From: Escherichia coli
Lineage (GTDB): Bacteria > Pseudomonadota > Gammaproteobacteria > Enterobacterales > Enterobacteriaceae
Assembly: GCF_003334785.1 (NCBI RefSeq)
Contig: NZ_QOWV01000004.1
Strand: one strand, 5' to 3'
DNA: 64,000 nucleotides
A program made the translations under genes and the position numbers. This document shows positions 12,904 to 22,912 of this stretch, piece after piece. Position 1 is the first letter of the stretch. Each line of letters begins with the position of its first letter. The notes below the pieces were generated by a model. It did not search any database. It saw nothing but the letters and a program-made list of their open reading frames with translations, and had not been told where the DNA came from.

Positions 12904-13730
12904 CAGTAGCCTTCTGAAGCGGTATCAGGTTGGAAACGTGTGTCCGCCAGGCGATGCACCTCGGTGGTCAGCGTGCCATCAGCATGTAACTCGAGAGTAC
13001 GCCAGCCGGGCGCGATGGTATCCAGCGTAAAGTTGGAACAGTGCGGCTTAAACTGCACACAGGTCGACGGCGTTGCCAGCAGGCGGCGACCATTCCAGTC
13101 GAGATCCAGCTCCTGATGAATATGACCGCACAGCAAGTATTTGACGTGCGGAAACTTCGCCAGCACGGTATCCAGTTCGCCCGCGTTACGCAGACTGTGT
13201 TGATCGAGCCAACTACAACCCGCAGGTAGCGGATGATGATGCAGCAGCAGCAACGTATGGCGTTCTGGCGCATCGGCCAGTTTACGTTCCAGCCACTCAA
13301 GCTGAAACTCGCTCAGCTCACCGTGCGGCACGCCAAACACCTGGCTATCCAGCAACAGGATTTGCCATTGCTCACCAATAAACACGCGCTTCGCCGGGGA
13401 GATACCCGCATCCTGTAACGCGCTGTACATCGCGGGCTGGAAATCGTGGTTGCCCGGCAGCCAGACGCAGGGCGCACGAAAACTTGCGATGCCTTCAGCG
13501 AAATGCTGATAGGCCGCAGAGGATTGATCCTGCGCTAAATCACCTGTCGCGACAATCAGGTCGAATTCGTGCTGGTGTGGCCGAATCGCCTCCAGCACCG
13601 CCTGGTAACTCTCCCAGGTGTTTACCCCTAACAGGGCTTCGTGCTTTTGTGCAAACAGGTGAGTGTCGGTAATTTGTAAAATCCTGACTCTGGCCTCACC
13701 AGCCAGAGGAAGGGTTAACAGGCTTTCCAA
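12903..13730 (-). CDS. cpdA: 3',5'-cyclic AMP phosphodiesterase
   Basis: 275-aa ORF with metallophosphoesterase motifs (ITDTH, GDL, GNHD). Confidence 0.9.
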   Translation of the reverse strand: MESLLTLPLAGEARVRILQITDTHLFAQKHEALLGVNTWESYQAVLEAIRPHQHEFDLIVATGDLAQDQSSAAYQHFAEGIASFRAPCVWLPGNHDFQPAMYSALQDAGISPAKRVFIGEQWQILLLDSQVFGVPHGELSEFQLEWLERKLADAPERHTLLLLHHHPLPAGCSWLDQHSLRNAGELDTVLAKFPHVKYLLCGHIHQELDLDWNGRRLLATPSTCVQFKPHCSNFTLDTIAPGWRTLELHADGTLTTEVHRLADTRFQPDTASEGY

Positions 13731-13754
13731 ATGGTGTCCTTAGGTTTCACGACG

Positions 13755-14177
13755 CTAATAAACCGGAATCGCCATCGCTCCATGTGCTAAACAGTATCGC
13801 AACCAGTCCGCTAAAAACTGATTAATTTGATGCTTTTCGTCGCGTTGATGCAACTTTTTATTAGGATAATCATACCGCGCTTTGAAGCGAAAAATCTGCT
13901 GGCTTGAACACACTTCAGCCACCATCGCGTCATGATACAGACGCACCGTCATTGACGGAAGGCTCCAGTAACTGATCGCGGGCGCAGTCTGTTCTATTGT
14001 CACCAGGGTAGTGTATCGGGTCGATTCCACAATCGTCAGCCGATATTGTGCGTTTGCCACCTGATAGCTTACAGTTTCGCCGGGTGCGTCATTGCGCGGT
14101 AACAAACGGCGCAATTGTGAAAAGTTCATCTCGCACAGGCGCATCATTTCAGGAAAGTCAGGTGTGTAACGCTTCAT
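13755..14177 (-). CDS. yqiB: DUF1249 protein
   Basis: 140-aa ORF directly abutting nudF. Confidence 0.8.
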
Positions 14178-14807
14178 TTATGCCCACTCATTTTTTAACG
14201 CTTGATGATGCAGCTGCAGCCATTGCAAAGCGATGACCGACGCTGCGTTGTCGATTTTCCCCTCTTCTACCCACTGGTATGCCTGTTCCCGGCTTACCAC
14301 ATGAACGCGAATATCTTCGTTTTCATCAGCCAGACCGTGAATACCGCTTGCGGTCGTGGCGTCCACTTCGCCCACCATAATTGACGAACGCTCACTGGTG
14401 CCCCCCGGGCTTGCCAGGAAACTTAACACCGGTTTGGTCCGTTTGACTATCAGTCCCGCCTCTTCAATCGCTTCGCGACGGGCAACATCTTCCACACTTT
14501 CACCCTCTTCAATCATCCCGGCAACCATCTCCAGTAGCCAAGGGGTTTCGCTGGTGTCGTACGCGGCAATCCGAATCTGCTCAATCAGCACAACTTCATC
14601 ACGCACTGGGTCAAAGGGTAGCAAGACTGCGGCGTGACCGCGCTCAAAAATTTCCCGCCGCACCTCATGACTCATTTGCCCGTTGAATAGACGATGACGA
14701 AATCTATAAAGATCTAATGAAAAAAAGCCGCGATAAAGTGTTTCTCGTGCAATAATTTCTACATCGTTTTTGCCAAATGTAACGGGCAGGTTGTCTGGCT
14801 TAAGCAT
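14178..14807 (-). CDS. nudF: ADP-ribose pyrophosphatase (Nudix)
   Basis: 209-aa ORF with Nudix box (...[26 protein letters not shown]...). Confidence 0.9.
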
Positions 14808-14907
14808 TGTTAATGTCCTGGCACTAATAGTGAATTAAATGTGAATTTCAGCGACGTTTGACTGCCGTTTGAGCAGTCATGTGTTAAATTGAGGCACATT
14901 AACGCCC

Positions 14908-14928
14908 TATGGCACGTAACGCCAACCT
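14908..14928 (+). promoter_or_regulatory. putative mar/sox/rob box in tolC promoter region
   Basis: atGGCACgtaacgccaacc about 85 bp upstream of tolC ATG resembles the marbox; recalled from literature, not verified. Confidence 0.4.
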
Positions 14929-15011
14929 TTTGCGGTAGCGGCTTCTGCTAGAATCCGCAATAATTTTACAGTTTGATCGCGCTAAATACTGCTTCACCAC
15001 AAGGAATGCAA

Positions 15012-16493
15012 ATGAAGAAATTGCTCCCCATTCTTATCGGCCTGAGCCTTTCTGGGTTCAGTTCGTTGAGCCAGGCCGAGAACCTGATGCAAGTTTATCA
15101 GCAAGCACGCCTTAGTAACCCGGAATTGCGTAAGTCTGCCGCCGATCGTGATGCTGCCTTTGAAAAAATTAATGAAGCGCGCAGTCCATTACTGCCACAG
15201 CTAGGTTTAGGTGCAGATTACACCTATAGCAACGGCTACCGCGACGCGAACGGCATCAACTCTAACGCGACCAGTGCGTCCTTGCAGTTAACTCAATCCA
15301 TTTTTGATATGTCGAAATGGCGTGCGTTAACGCTGCAGGAAAAAGCAGCAGGGATTCAGGACGTCACGTATCAGACCGATCAGCAAACCTTGATCCTCAA
15401 CACCGCGACCGCTTATTTCAACGTGTTGAATGCTATTGACGTTCTTTCCTATACACAGGCACAAAAAGAAGCGATCTACCGTCAATTAGATCAAACCACC
15501 CAACGTTTTAACGTGGGCCTGGTAGCGATCACCGACGTGCAGAACGCCCGCGCACAGTACGATACCGTGCTGGCGAACGAAGTGACCGCACGTAATAACC
15601 TTGATAACGCGGTAGAGCAGCTGCGCCAGATCACCGGTAACTACTATCCGGAACTGGCTGCGCTGAATGTCGAAAACTTTAAAACCGACAAACCACAGCC
15701 GGTTAACGCGCTGCTGAAAGAAGCCGAAAAACGCAACCTGTCGCTGTTACAGGCACGCTTGAGCCAGGACCTGGCGCGCGAGCAAATTCGCCAGGCGCAG
15801 GATGGTCACTTACCGACTCTGGATTTAACGGCTTCTACCGGGATTTCTGACACCTCTTATAGCGGTTCGAAAACCCGTGGTGCCGCTGGTACCCAGTATG
15901 ACGATAGCAATATGGGCCAGAACAAAGTTGGCCTGAGCTTCTCGCTGCCGATTTATCAGGGCGGAATGGTTAACTCGCAGGTGAAACAGGCACAGTACAA
16001 CTTTGTCGGTGCCAGCGAGCAACTGGAAAGTGCCCATCGTAGCGTCGTGCAGACCGTGCGTTCCTCCTTCAACAACATTAATGCATCTATCAGTAGCATT
16101 AACGCCTACAAACAAGCCGTAGTTTCCGCTCAAAGCTCATTAGACGCGATGGAAGCGGGCTACTCGGTCGGTACGCGTACCATTGTTGATGTGTTGGATG
16201 CGACCACCACGTTGTACAACGCCAAGCAAGAGCTGGCGAATGCGCGTTATAACTACCTGATTAATCAGCTGAATATTAAGTCAGCTCTGGGTACGTTGAA
16301 CGAGCAGGATCTGCTGGCACTGAACAATGCGCTGAGCAAACCGGTTTCCACTAATCCGGAAAACGTTGCACCGCAAACGCCGGAACAGAATGCTATTGCT
16401 GATGGTTATGCGCCTGATAGCCCGGCACCAGTCGTTCAGCAAACATCCGCACGCACTACCACCAGTAACGGTCATAACCCTTTCCGTAACTGA
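15012..16493 (+). CDS. tolC: outer membrane channel TolC
   Basis: ORF-track frame from 14973; start set at MKKLLPILIGLSLSGFSSLSQA (signal peptide), 493 aa. Confidence 0.95.
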   Translation: MKKLLPILIGLSLSGFSSLSQAENLMQVYQQARLSNPELRKSAADRDAAFEKINEARSPLLPQLGLGADYTYSNGYRDANGINSNATSASLQLTQSIFDMSKWRALTLQEKAAGIQDVTYQTDQQTLILNTATAYFNVLNAIDVLSYTQAQKEAIYRQLDQTTQRFNVGLVAITDVQNARAQYDTVLANEVTARNNLDNAVEQLRQITGNYYPELAALNVENFKTDKPQPVNALLKEAEKRNLSLLQARLSQDLAREQIRQAQDGHLPTLDLTASTGISDTSYSGSKTRGAAGTQYDDSNMGQNKVGLSFSLPIYQGGMVNSQVKQAQYNFVGASEQLESAHRSVVQTVRSSFNNINASISSINAYKQAVVSAQSSLDAMEAGYSVGTRTIVDVLDATTTLYNAKQELANARYNYLINQLNIKSALGTLNEQDLLALNNALSKPVSTNPENVAPQTPEQNAIADGYAPDSPAPVVQQTSARTTTSNGHNPFRN

Positions 16494-16640
16494 TGACGAC
16501 GACGGGGCTTCGGCCCCGTCTGAACGTAAGGCAACGTAAAGATACGGGTTATCTGCCGCATTCTTCCCCCTTCTCGCTTCAATTTCGACCAGCCATCCTC
16601 TATTCTGATGGGTATTTACCACTGGTCCCGGAAGACAAAA

Positions 16641-17312
16641 ATGAAACGGACAAAATCCATACGCCACGCATCGTTCCGCAAAAACTGGAGCGCACGCCAT
16701 CTGACACCAGTCGCTCTCGCGGTTGCCACTGTTTTTATGCTGGCTGGCTGTGAAAAGAGTGATGAAACAGTGTCTCTCTATCAAAATGCTGACGACTGTT
16801 CAGCTGCAAACCCAGGCAAAAGCGCCGAATGTACCACCGCGTACAACAATGCGCTGAAAGAAGCCGAACGTACTGCGCCGAAATACGCCACCCGTGAAGA
16901 CTGTGTTGCTGAATTTGGTGAAGGTCAGTGCCAGCAGGCACCAGCCCAGGCTGGCATGGCACCAGAAAACCAGGCGCAGGCCCAGCAATCCAGCGGGAGT
17001 TTCTGGATGCCGCTGATGGCCGGTTACATGATGGGGCGTCTGATGGGCGGCGGCGCGGGATTTGCACAGCAGCCGCTGTTCTCCTCGAAAAACCCAGCCA
17101 GTCCGGCTTACGGTAAATATACCGACGCGACGGGTAAAAACTATGGCGCAGCCCAGCCAGGCCGCACCATGACCGTACCGAAGACGGCAATGGCACCAAA
17201 ACCGGCGACCACCACTACCGTTACCCGTGGCGGTTTTGGTGAATCTGTTGCCAAACAAAGCACTATGCAGCGTAGTGCAACCGGTACCTCTTCTCGTTCA
17301 ATGGGTGGCTGA
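16641..17312 (+). CDS. ygiB: DUF1190 lipoprotein
   Basis: Start set at [12 protein letters not shown]..., 223 aa, lipobox LAGC. Confidence 0.8.
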
Positions 17313-17317
17313 TACCG

Positions 17318-18478
17318 ATGGAAAGAGTCAGTATTACCGAGCGCCCGGACTGGCGTGAGAAAGCCCACGAATACGGTTTCAATTTTCACACCATGTACGG
17401 CGAGCCGTACTGGTGTGAAGATGCTTACTACAAGTTGACCCTCGCCCAGGTTGAAAAGCTGGAAGAAGTCACCGCCGAACTGCACCAGATGTGCCTGAAA
17501 GTGGTGGAAAAAGTGATCGCCAGCGATGAGCTGATGACCAAATTCCGCATTCCAAAACACACCTGGAGTTTTGTGCGCCAGTCATGGCTGACGCACCAGC
17601 CATCGCTTTATTCGCGTCTTGATCTGGCGTGGGATGGCACTGGTGAACCTAAACTTCTGGAAAATAACGCCGATACGCCAACGTCACTATACGAGGCGGC
17701 GTTCTTTCAGTGGATCTGGCTGGAAGATCAGCTTAACGCCGGTAACTTGCCGGAGGGCAGCGACCAGTTTAACAGTCTGCAAGAAAAACTGATCGATCGC
17801 TTCGTTGAGCTGCGTGAACAGTATGGCTTCCAGTTGCTGCATCTCACCTGCTGTCGCGACACGGTGGAAGATCGCGGAACCATTCAGTATTTGCAGGACT
17901 GCGCAACGGAAGCTGAAATTGCTACTGAGTTCCTCTACATCGATGATATCGGGTTAGGTGAAAAAGGTCAGTTCACGGATTTACAGGATCAGGTAATTTC
18001 CAACCTGTTCAAACTGTATCCGTGGGAATTTATGTTGCGTGAGATGTTCTCAACCAAGCTGGAGGATGCAGGCGTACGCTGGCTGGAACCGGCGTGGAAG
18101 AGCATTATCTCCAACAAGGCACTTCTACCGCTACTGTGGGAGATGTTCCCGAATCACCCGAACCTGCTGCCCGCTTATTTTGCGGAAGATGATCATCCGC
18201 AAATGGAAAAATATGTGGTTAAACCGATCTTCTCCCGTGAAGGCGCAAACGTGTCGATCATTGAGAACGGCAAAACCATTGAAGCAGCGGAAGGTCCGTA
18301 TGGCGAAGAAGGGATGATTGTTCAGCAATTCCACCCGTTACCGAAATTCGGCGACAGCTATATGCTGATTGGTAGCTGGCTGGTGAACGATCAACCCGCC
18401 GGAATTGGCATTCGTGAAGACCGTGCATTGATCACCCAGGATATGTCTCGGTTTTATCCACATATTTTTGTTGAATAA
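17318..18478 (+). CDS. ygiC: glutathionylspermidine synthase-like ATP-grasp protein
   Basis: 386-aa ORF immediately downstream of ygiB. Confidence 0.85.
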
Positions 18479-18515
18479 GCCACGATACCGGATGGCACTC
18501 GCCATCCGGTAATTG

Positions 18516-19304
18516 TTAGCCTATCTGCACCGACAGCATACTCAGGCTGCCCATTTCTATACCCTCAACCGGAATGGTAATTGGCTCCTGCCCATCCCAC
18601 GCACCTAACACATACAACAACGGCAAATAATGCTCTGGCGTTGGGTTCGATAACGTGCCACCTTCATGGTCGAGGTAATTCACCAGAGGATGTTGTTCCA
18701 CTGGCCCTTGCCACGTCAGATTCGCTTTCACATACTCATTAAACGACGTCGCCCACGGATACGGTGAACTATCACCGTGCCACTTCACTGTGCGCAGGTT
18801 ATGCACCACGTTACCGCTGGCGACCAACATTATTCCTTCATCTCGCAGCGCTGCCAGTTTGCGCCCCATTTCGAAATGCCAGGCGGCAGGTTTGCTACTG
18901 TCGATACTCAACTGCACCATCGGGATATCAGCGTCAGGATACATCTTAATCAGCACGCCCCACGAGCCGTGGTCAAAGCCCCAGGCTTCTTTATCCAGCG
19001 TCACCGGGATCGGCGCTAACAGCTCAACCAGACGCTGTGCCAGCGCAGGCGAACCCGGAGCAGGATAATGCGTATCGTACAGCGCCTGCGGGAAGCCACC
19101 AAAGTCATGAATCGTGGGCGGCGTCTCCATCGCGGTCACTCCTGTTCCACGGGTAAACCAGTGAGCCGAAACCACCACAATCGCTTGCGGGCGTGGCAAT
19201 GTCATCCCCAACTTCTGCCAGCTGCGGGTATACAAATTATCTTCCAGCACGTTCATCGGACTACCGTGACCTAAAAACAATGCTGGCATACGTGTTGAAG
19301 ACAT
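18516..19304 (-). CDS. ygiD: 4,5-DOPA dioxygenase extradiol-like protein
   Basis: Frame 18516..19331; start probably the internal MSSTRMPALFLGHGSPMN (262 aa). Confidence 0.8.
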   Translation of the reverse strand: MSSTRMPALFLGHGSPMNVLEDNLYTRSWQKLGMTLPRPQAIVVVSAHWFTRGTGVTAMETPPTIHDFGGFPQALYDTHYPAPGSPALAQRLVELLAPIPVTLDKEAWGFDHGSWGVLIKMYPDADIPMVQLSIDSSKPAAWHFEMGRKLAALRDEGIMLVASGNVVHNLRTVKWHGDSSPYPWATSFNEYVKANLTWQGPVEQHPLVNYLDHEGGTLSNPTPEHYLPLLYVLGAWDGQEPITIPVEGIEMGSLSMLSVQIG

Positions 19305-19446
19305 GATGATATCCTTAACTAAAGGTGTCATTTTGATATCCTCACAATACGCTTGTTCGGCGGAGTAAGAACCCGGATAACAATGATGATGATCATCAGT
19401 TATTTTGACGATCTGCCTGAAGGTGAAGATTTATAAGGAGTTGTCG

Positions 19447-20220
19447 ATGTCAGTACCTCTCATTCTGACCATACTGGCGGGGGCAGCCACGTTTATTGGC
19501 GCGTTTCTCGGCGTTCTCGGGCAAAAACCCTCGAACCGCTTACTGGCGTTTTCGCTAGGTTTTGCGGCGGGGATCATGTTGCTCATCTCATTAATGGAAA
19601 TGCTTCCTGCCGCACTAGCAGCTGAAGGAATGTCGCCTGTGTTGGGTTATGGAATGTTTATCTTCGGTCTGCTTGGCTATTTTGGCCTGGACCGCATGTT
19701 GCCACATGCTCATCCGCAGGATTTAATGCAAAAATCGGTGCAGCCGTTGCCAAAATCGATCAAGCGCACAGCCATTCTGCTCACTCTCGGCATCAGTCTG
19801 CATAACTTCCCGGAAGGGATTGCCACCTTTGTCACGGCGAGCAGCAACCTGGAGCTGGGATTTGGCATCGCACTGGCCGTCGCGTTGCACAATATCCCTG
19901 AAGGTCTGGCAGTGGCAGGCCCGGTTTATGCGGCAACGGGGTCTAAACGCACCGCGATTCTGTGGGCGGGGATTTCTGGACTAGCAGAAATTCTTGGTGG
20001 TGTGCTGGCGTGGTTAATCCTCGGTAGCATGATTTCCCCGGTGGTCATGGCGGCAATCATGGCGGCGGTTGCAGGAATTATGGTGGCGCTCTCGGTTGAT
20101 GAATTAATGCCGCTCGCCAAAGAGATTGACCCTAATAATAACCCCAGCTATGGCGTACTATGTGGAATGTCAGTGATGGGATTCAGTTTAGTGCTGCTAC
20201 AAACGGCGGGAATTGGTTAA
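19447..20220 (+). CDS. zupT: zinc transporter ZupT (ZIP family)
   Basis: Start set at [20 protein letters not shown]..., 257 aa, multi-TM. Confidence 0.9.
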
Positions 20221-20277
20221 AAACAACATCAGAAGTTGTCCAGCGCATGGACAACTTCTGCCAGCTTCACGAAAGCC

Positions 20278-20448
20278 TTATTCTACCTTTTCGGCTGTCT
20301 CTTCTCTCGTACTGTTTAAGTATTTGTTCCGCGCTTCAAGCAGTGCGTCTCTGTCCTGGCGAAACGCCCGACAATAACGTTTCAAATGCAGGAAATAACC
20401 CACCACAACCAGAGCAATCAATACAATCCAGTACCAGGCGATAAACAT
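20278..20448 (-). CDS. hypothetical small membrane protein (about 56 aa, one N-terminal TM helix)
   Basis: ORF MFIAWYWIVLIALVVVGYFLHLKRY... with AAGGG Shine-Dalgarno-like sequence upstream; ORF track starts it at an upstream TTG. Confidence 0.3.
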   Translation of the reverse strand: MFIAWYWIVLIALVVVGYFLHLKRYCRAFRQDRDALLEARNKYLNSTREETAEKVE

Positions 20449-20641
20449 CCTTTTACCCTTAATATTTAACAATACTAAACATTTAGCGTATAAATTTCAC
20501 ATATCCTTTTTCGGATATATTCATATGGTCGCATAATAACGGAACAATTATATGATTTTGATCATAATGAAAAAGAATGCCTGATATTAATGAAATTTTC
20601 TCATAGAAAGAGAAGCGGAATTAACATCTTGCATAGCAGGG

Positions 20642-20676
20642 AAAAATAAAAACCGAAGCCTGCTACAACTTCGGTT
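20642..20676 (-). terminator. rho-independent terminator downstream of ribB
   Basis: aaccgaag...cttcggtt stem followed on the minus strand by a U-run, 34 bp past the ribB stop. Confidence 0.5.
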
Positions 20677-20709
20677 TCTTGATTAAGGCAGTAAATTAAG
20701 CAGCGGTTT

Positions 20710-21363
20710 TCAGCTGGCTTTACGCTCATGTGCCTGACGGTATGCCACCAGGTCTTCAATAGTCACGAGCGCCATATTGTGTTTATTGGCAAACTCAATA
20801 CACTCTGGTGCACGCGCCATCGTGCCATCGTCATTAGTCAGCTCACACAGTACACCAGCCGGTTTAAAGCCTGCCAGCGTCATCAGATCAATAGTTGCTT
20901 CAGTATGACCGCCACGCGTCAGTACACCACCTGCCTGAGCGCGAAGTGGGAAAACGTGGCCAGGACGATTCAGATCTGACGGTTTTGCGCCATCGGCAAT
21001 CGCTGCGCGAACGGTCGTAATACGGTCAGCGGCAGAAACACCGGTAGTCACACCTTCAGCTGCTTCAATGGTCACGGTAAAACCGGTGCCATAGGCGCTG
21101 GTGTTATTTTCTACCATCATTGGCAGATCGAGTTGTTTACGGCGATCTTCAGTAATGCACAGGCAAACAATACCGCTACCGTGGCGAATGGTCAGCGCCA
21201 TCTGCTCAACAGTCATGGTTTCTGCCGGGAAGATCATATCACCTTCGTTTTCACGGTCTTCATCATCAAGCACCATTACACCGCGTCCTTCACGCAGCGC
21301 AGCCAGTGCATTTTCAACACGTTCGAAAGGCGTACCAAAAGAGGAAAGTAGCGTCTGATTCAT
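20710..21363 (-). CDS. ribB: 3,4-dihydroxy-2-butanone-4-phosphate synthase
   Basis: 217-aa [45 protein letters not shown]... Confidence 0.95.
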   Translation of the reverse strand: MNQTLLSSFGTPFERVENALAALREGRGVMVLDDEDRENEGDMIFPAETMTVEQMALTIRHGSGIVCLCITEDRRKQLDLPMMVENNTSAYGTGFTVTIEAAEGVTTGVSAADRITTVRAAIADGAKPSDLNRPGHVFPLRAQAGGVLTRGGHTEATIDLMTLAGFKPAGVLCELTNDDGTMARAPECIEFANKHNMALVTIEDLVAYRQAHERKAS

Positions 21364-21439
21364 GGTAAAAAAACCTCACTAAAATTATGGTTACCAGAAT
21401 CAGGGCAGTCTTAGGAGTGGCGGCATATAGCCAAAATAA

Positions 21440-21615
21440 CGTGAGCGGGTCCATGCCCGACAGAATCGTTACTCTCTCCCATCCGGACTCTAACCGTCGG
21501 CCCCGGAATTACACCGGATCTGCTGTCCTTTGAGTTCGCACCCAAAGCGCTCGCGGGCTTTCAACTGAGTTGATTTACCGCCGGTGGGGAATTTCGCCCC
21601 GCCCTGAGAATAAGC
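21440..21615 (-). promoter_or_regulatory. sroG: FMN riboswitch (RFN element) in ribB leader
   Basis: Minus strand reads ...ggggcagggtgaaattcccaccggcggtaaatcaactcagttgaaagcccgcgagcgctttgggtgcgaactcaaaggacagcagatccggtgtaattccggggccgacggttagagtccggatgggagagagtaacg... Confidence 0.85.
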
Positions 21616-21736
21616 GGATTCACTATAACGCTAATGATTAGCGGCAGCAACGCATAGCTTCACATAATTCTGGTTTATGACTTACCCTTATCGCACTACA
21701 ATGGCACTCAACACCTATCAGTACAGGGAAACTACA

Positions 21737-22027
21737 ATGATTGACCCGAAAAAAATTGAGCAAATCGCTCGCCAGGTTCACGAATCAATGCCTAAAGGAA
21801 TCAGGGAGTTCGGGGAAGATGTGGAGAAAAAAATCCGCCAAACCCTACAAGCGCAGCTGACGCGCCTCGACCTTGTAAGCCGTGAAGAGTTCGACGTCCA
21901 AACGCAAGTCCTGTTACGGACTCGTGAAAAACTGGCGCTGCTTGAACAAAGAATCAGCGAACTGGAAAATCGCAGTACTGAGATCAAAAAGCAGCCAGAT
22001 CCAGAGACTCTCCCCCCAACGCTGTAA
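21737..22027 (+). CDS. ubiK: ubiquinone biosynthesis accessory factor UbiK
   Basis: Start set at [21 protein letters not shown]..., 96-aa coiled-coil protein. Confidence 0.85.
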
Positions 22028-22310
22028 ACATTCGTCTTTAATGCACTGTAAATTATGAATTAATCCTCTAATTTATAGTGCTTTCTATTACCTTATCGCG
22101 TAATCCCATTCAGAAAACCATCACAAAAATGAATGAGTACAATTGAAAGTATAATTGCAATGTATTTTTTAAGTTTTACTTAATCGATATTTAGATAAAC
22201 TAATTTTATAAAAAACACAAAATAAAATATCATATTTCAATGATTAGTAGTCCTTAAATAACAGTTACTAATCATTCTCTTTTCTACTTATCTTTATATA
22301 AAGGAATATT

Positions 22311-22862
22311 ATGTCCGCTTTTAAAAAGTCACTTCTTGTTGCTGGCGTAGCAATGATTCTTTCCAATAACGTGTTTGCTGATGAAGGTCACGGTATTGTT
22401 AAATTTAAAGGTGAAGTTATCTCTGCTCCATGTTCTATTAAACCAGGTGACGAAGATTTAACTGTAAATCTGGGTGAAGTAGCAGATACCGTACTGAAAA
22501 GCGATCAGAAATCTTTGGCTGAACCTTTCACTATTCACCTGCAGGACTGCATGCTGAGTCAGGGTGGAACTACTTATTCAAAAGCGAAGGTTACTTTCAC
22601 TACAGCAAATACCATGACGGGTCAGTCTGATCTTCTGAAAAATACCAAAGAAACTGAAATCGGCGGCGCCACTGGCGTTGGCGTACGTATTCTGGACAGC
22701 CAGAGCGGCGAAGTAACTTTAGGTACTCCGGTAGTAATTACGTTCAACAATACCAACAGCTATCAGGAACTGAATTTCAAAGCTCGTATGGAATCCCCAA
22801 GCAAAGATGCCACCCCGGGCAACGTTTACGCTCAGGCTGACTACAAGATTGCTTACGAGTAA
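22311..22862 (+). CDS. ygiL: fimbrial major subunit protein
   Basis: 183-aa ORF with signal peptide and fimbrial-subunit C-terminus; low-GC region. Confidence 0.85.
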   Translation: MSAFKKSLLVAGVAMILSNNVFADEGHGIVKFKGEVISAPCSIKPGDEDLTVNLGEVADTVLKSDQKSLAEPFTIHLQDCMLSQGGTTYSKAKVTFTTANTMTGQSDLLKNTKETEIGGATGVGVRILDSQSGEVTLGTPVVITFNNTNSYQELNFKARMESPSKDATPGNVYAQADYKIAYE

Positions 22863-22912
22863 TCGCATTTGGCCGGGTTCGCCCGGCCACATCATTAACG
22901 GATTAATGATAA

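Noticed and set aside
14973-15011. Upstream ORF-track extensions of tolC, and likewise of patA (54943), ebgA (58040), glnE (to 35406), ygiS, ygiW and ubiK
   Set aside because: The extended N-termini lack the conserved starts or signal peptides; the internal starts give proteins of the expected length.
16494-16640. Possible small gene between tolC and ygiB
   Set aside because: No convincing ORF with a ribosome-binding site; the region is best explained as the tolC 3' hairpin plus the ygiB leader.
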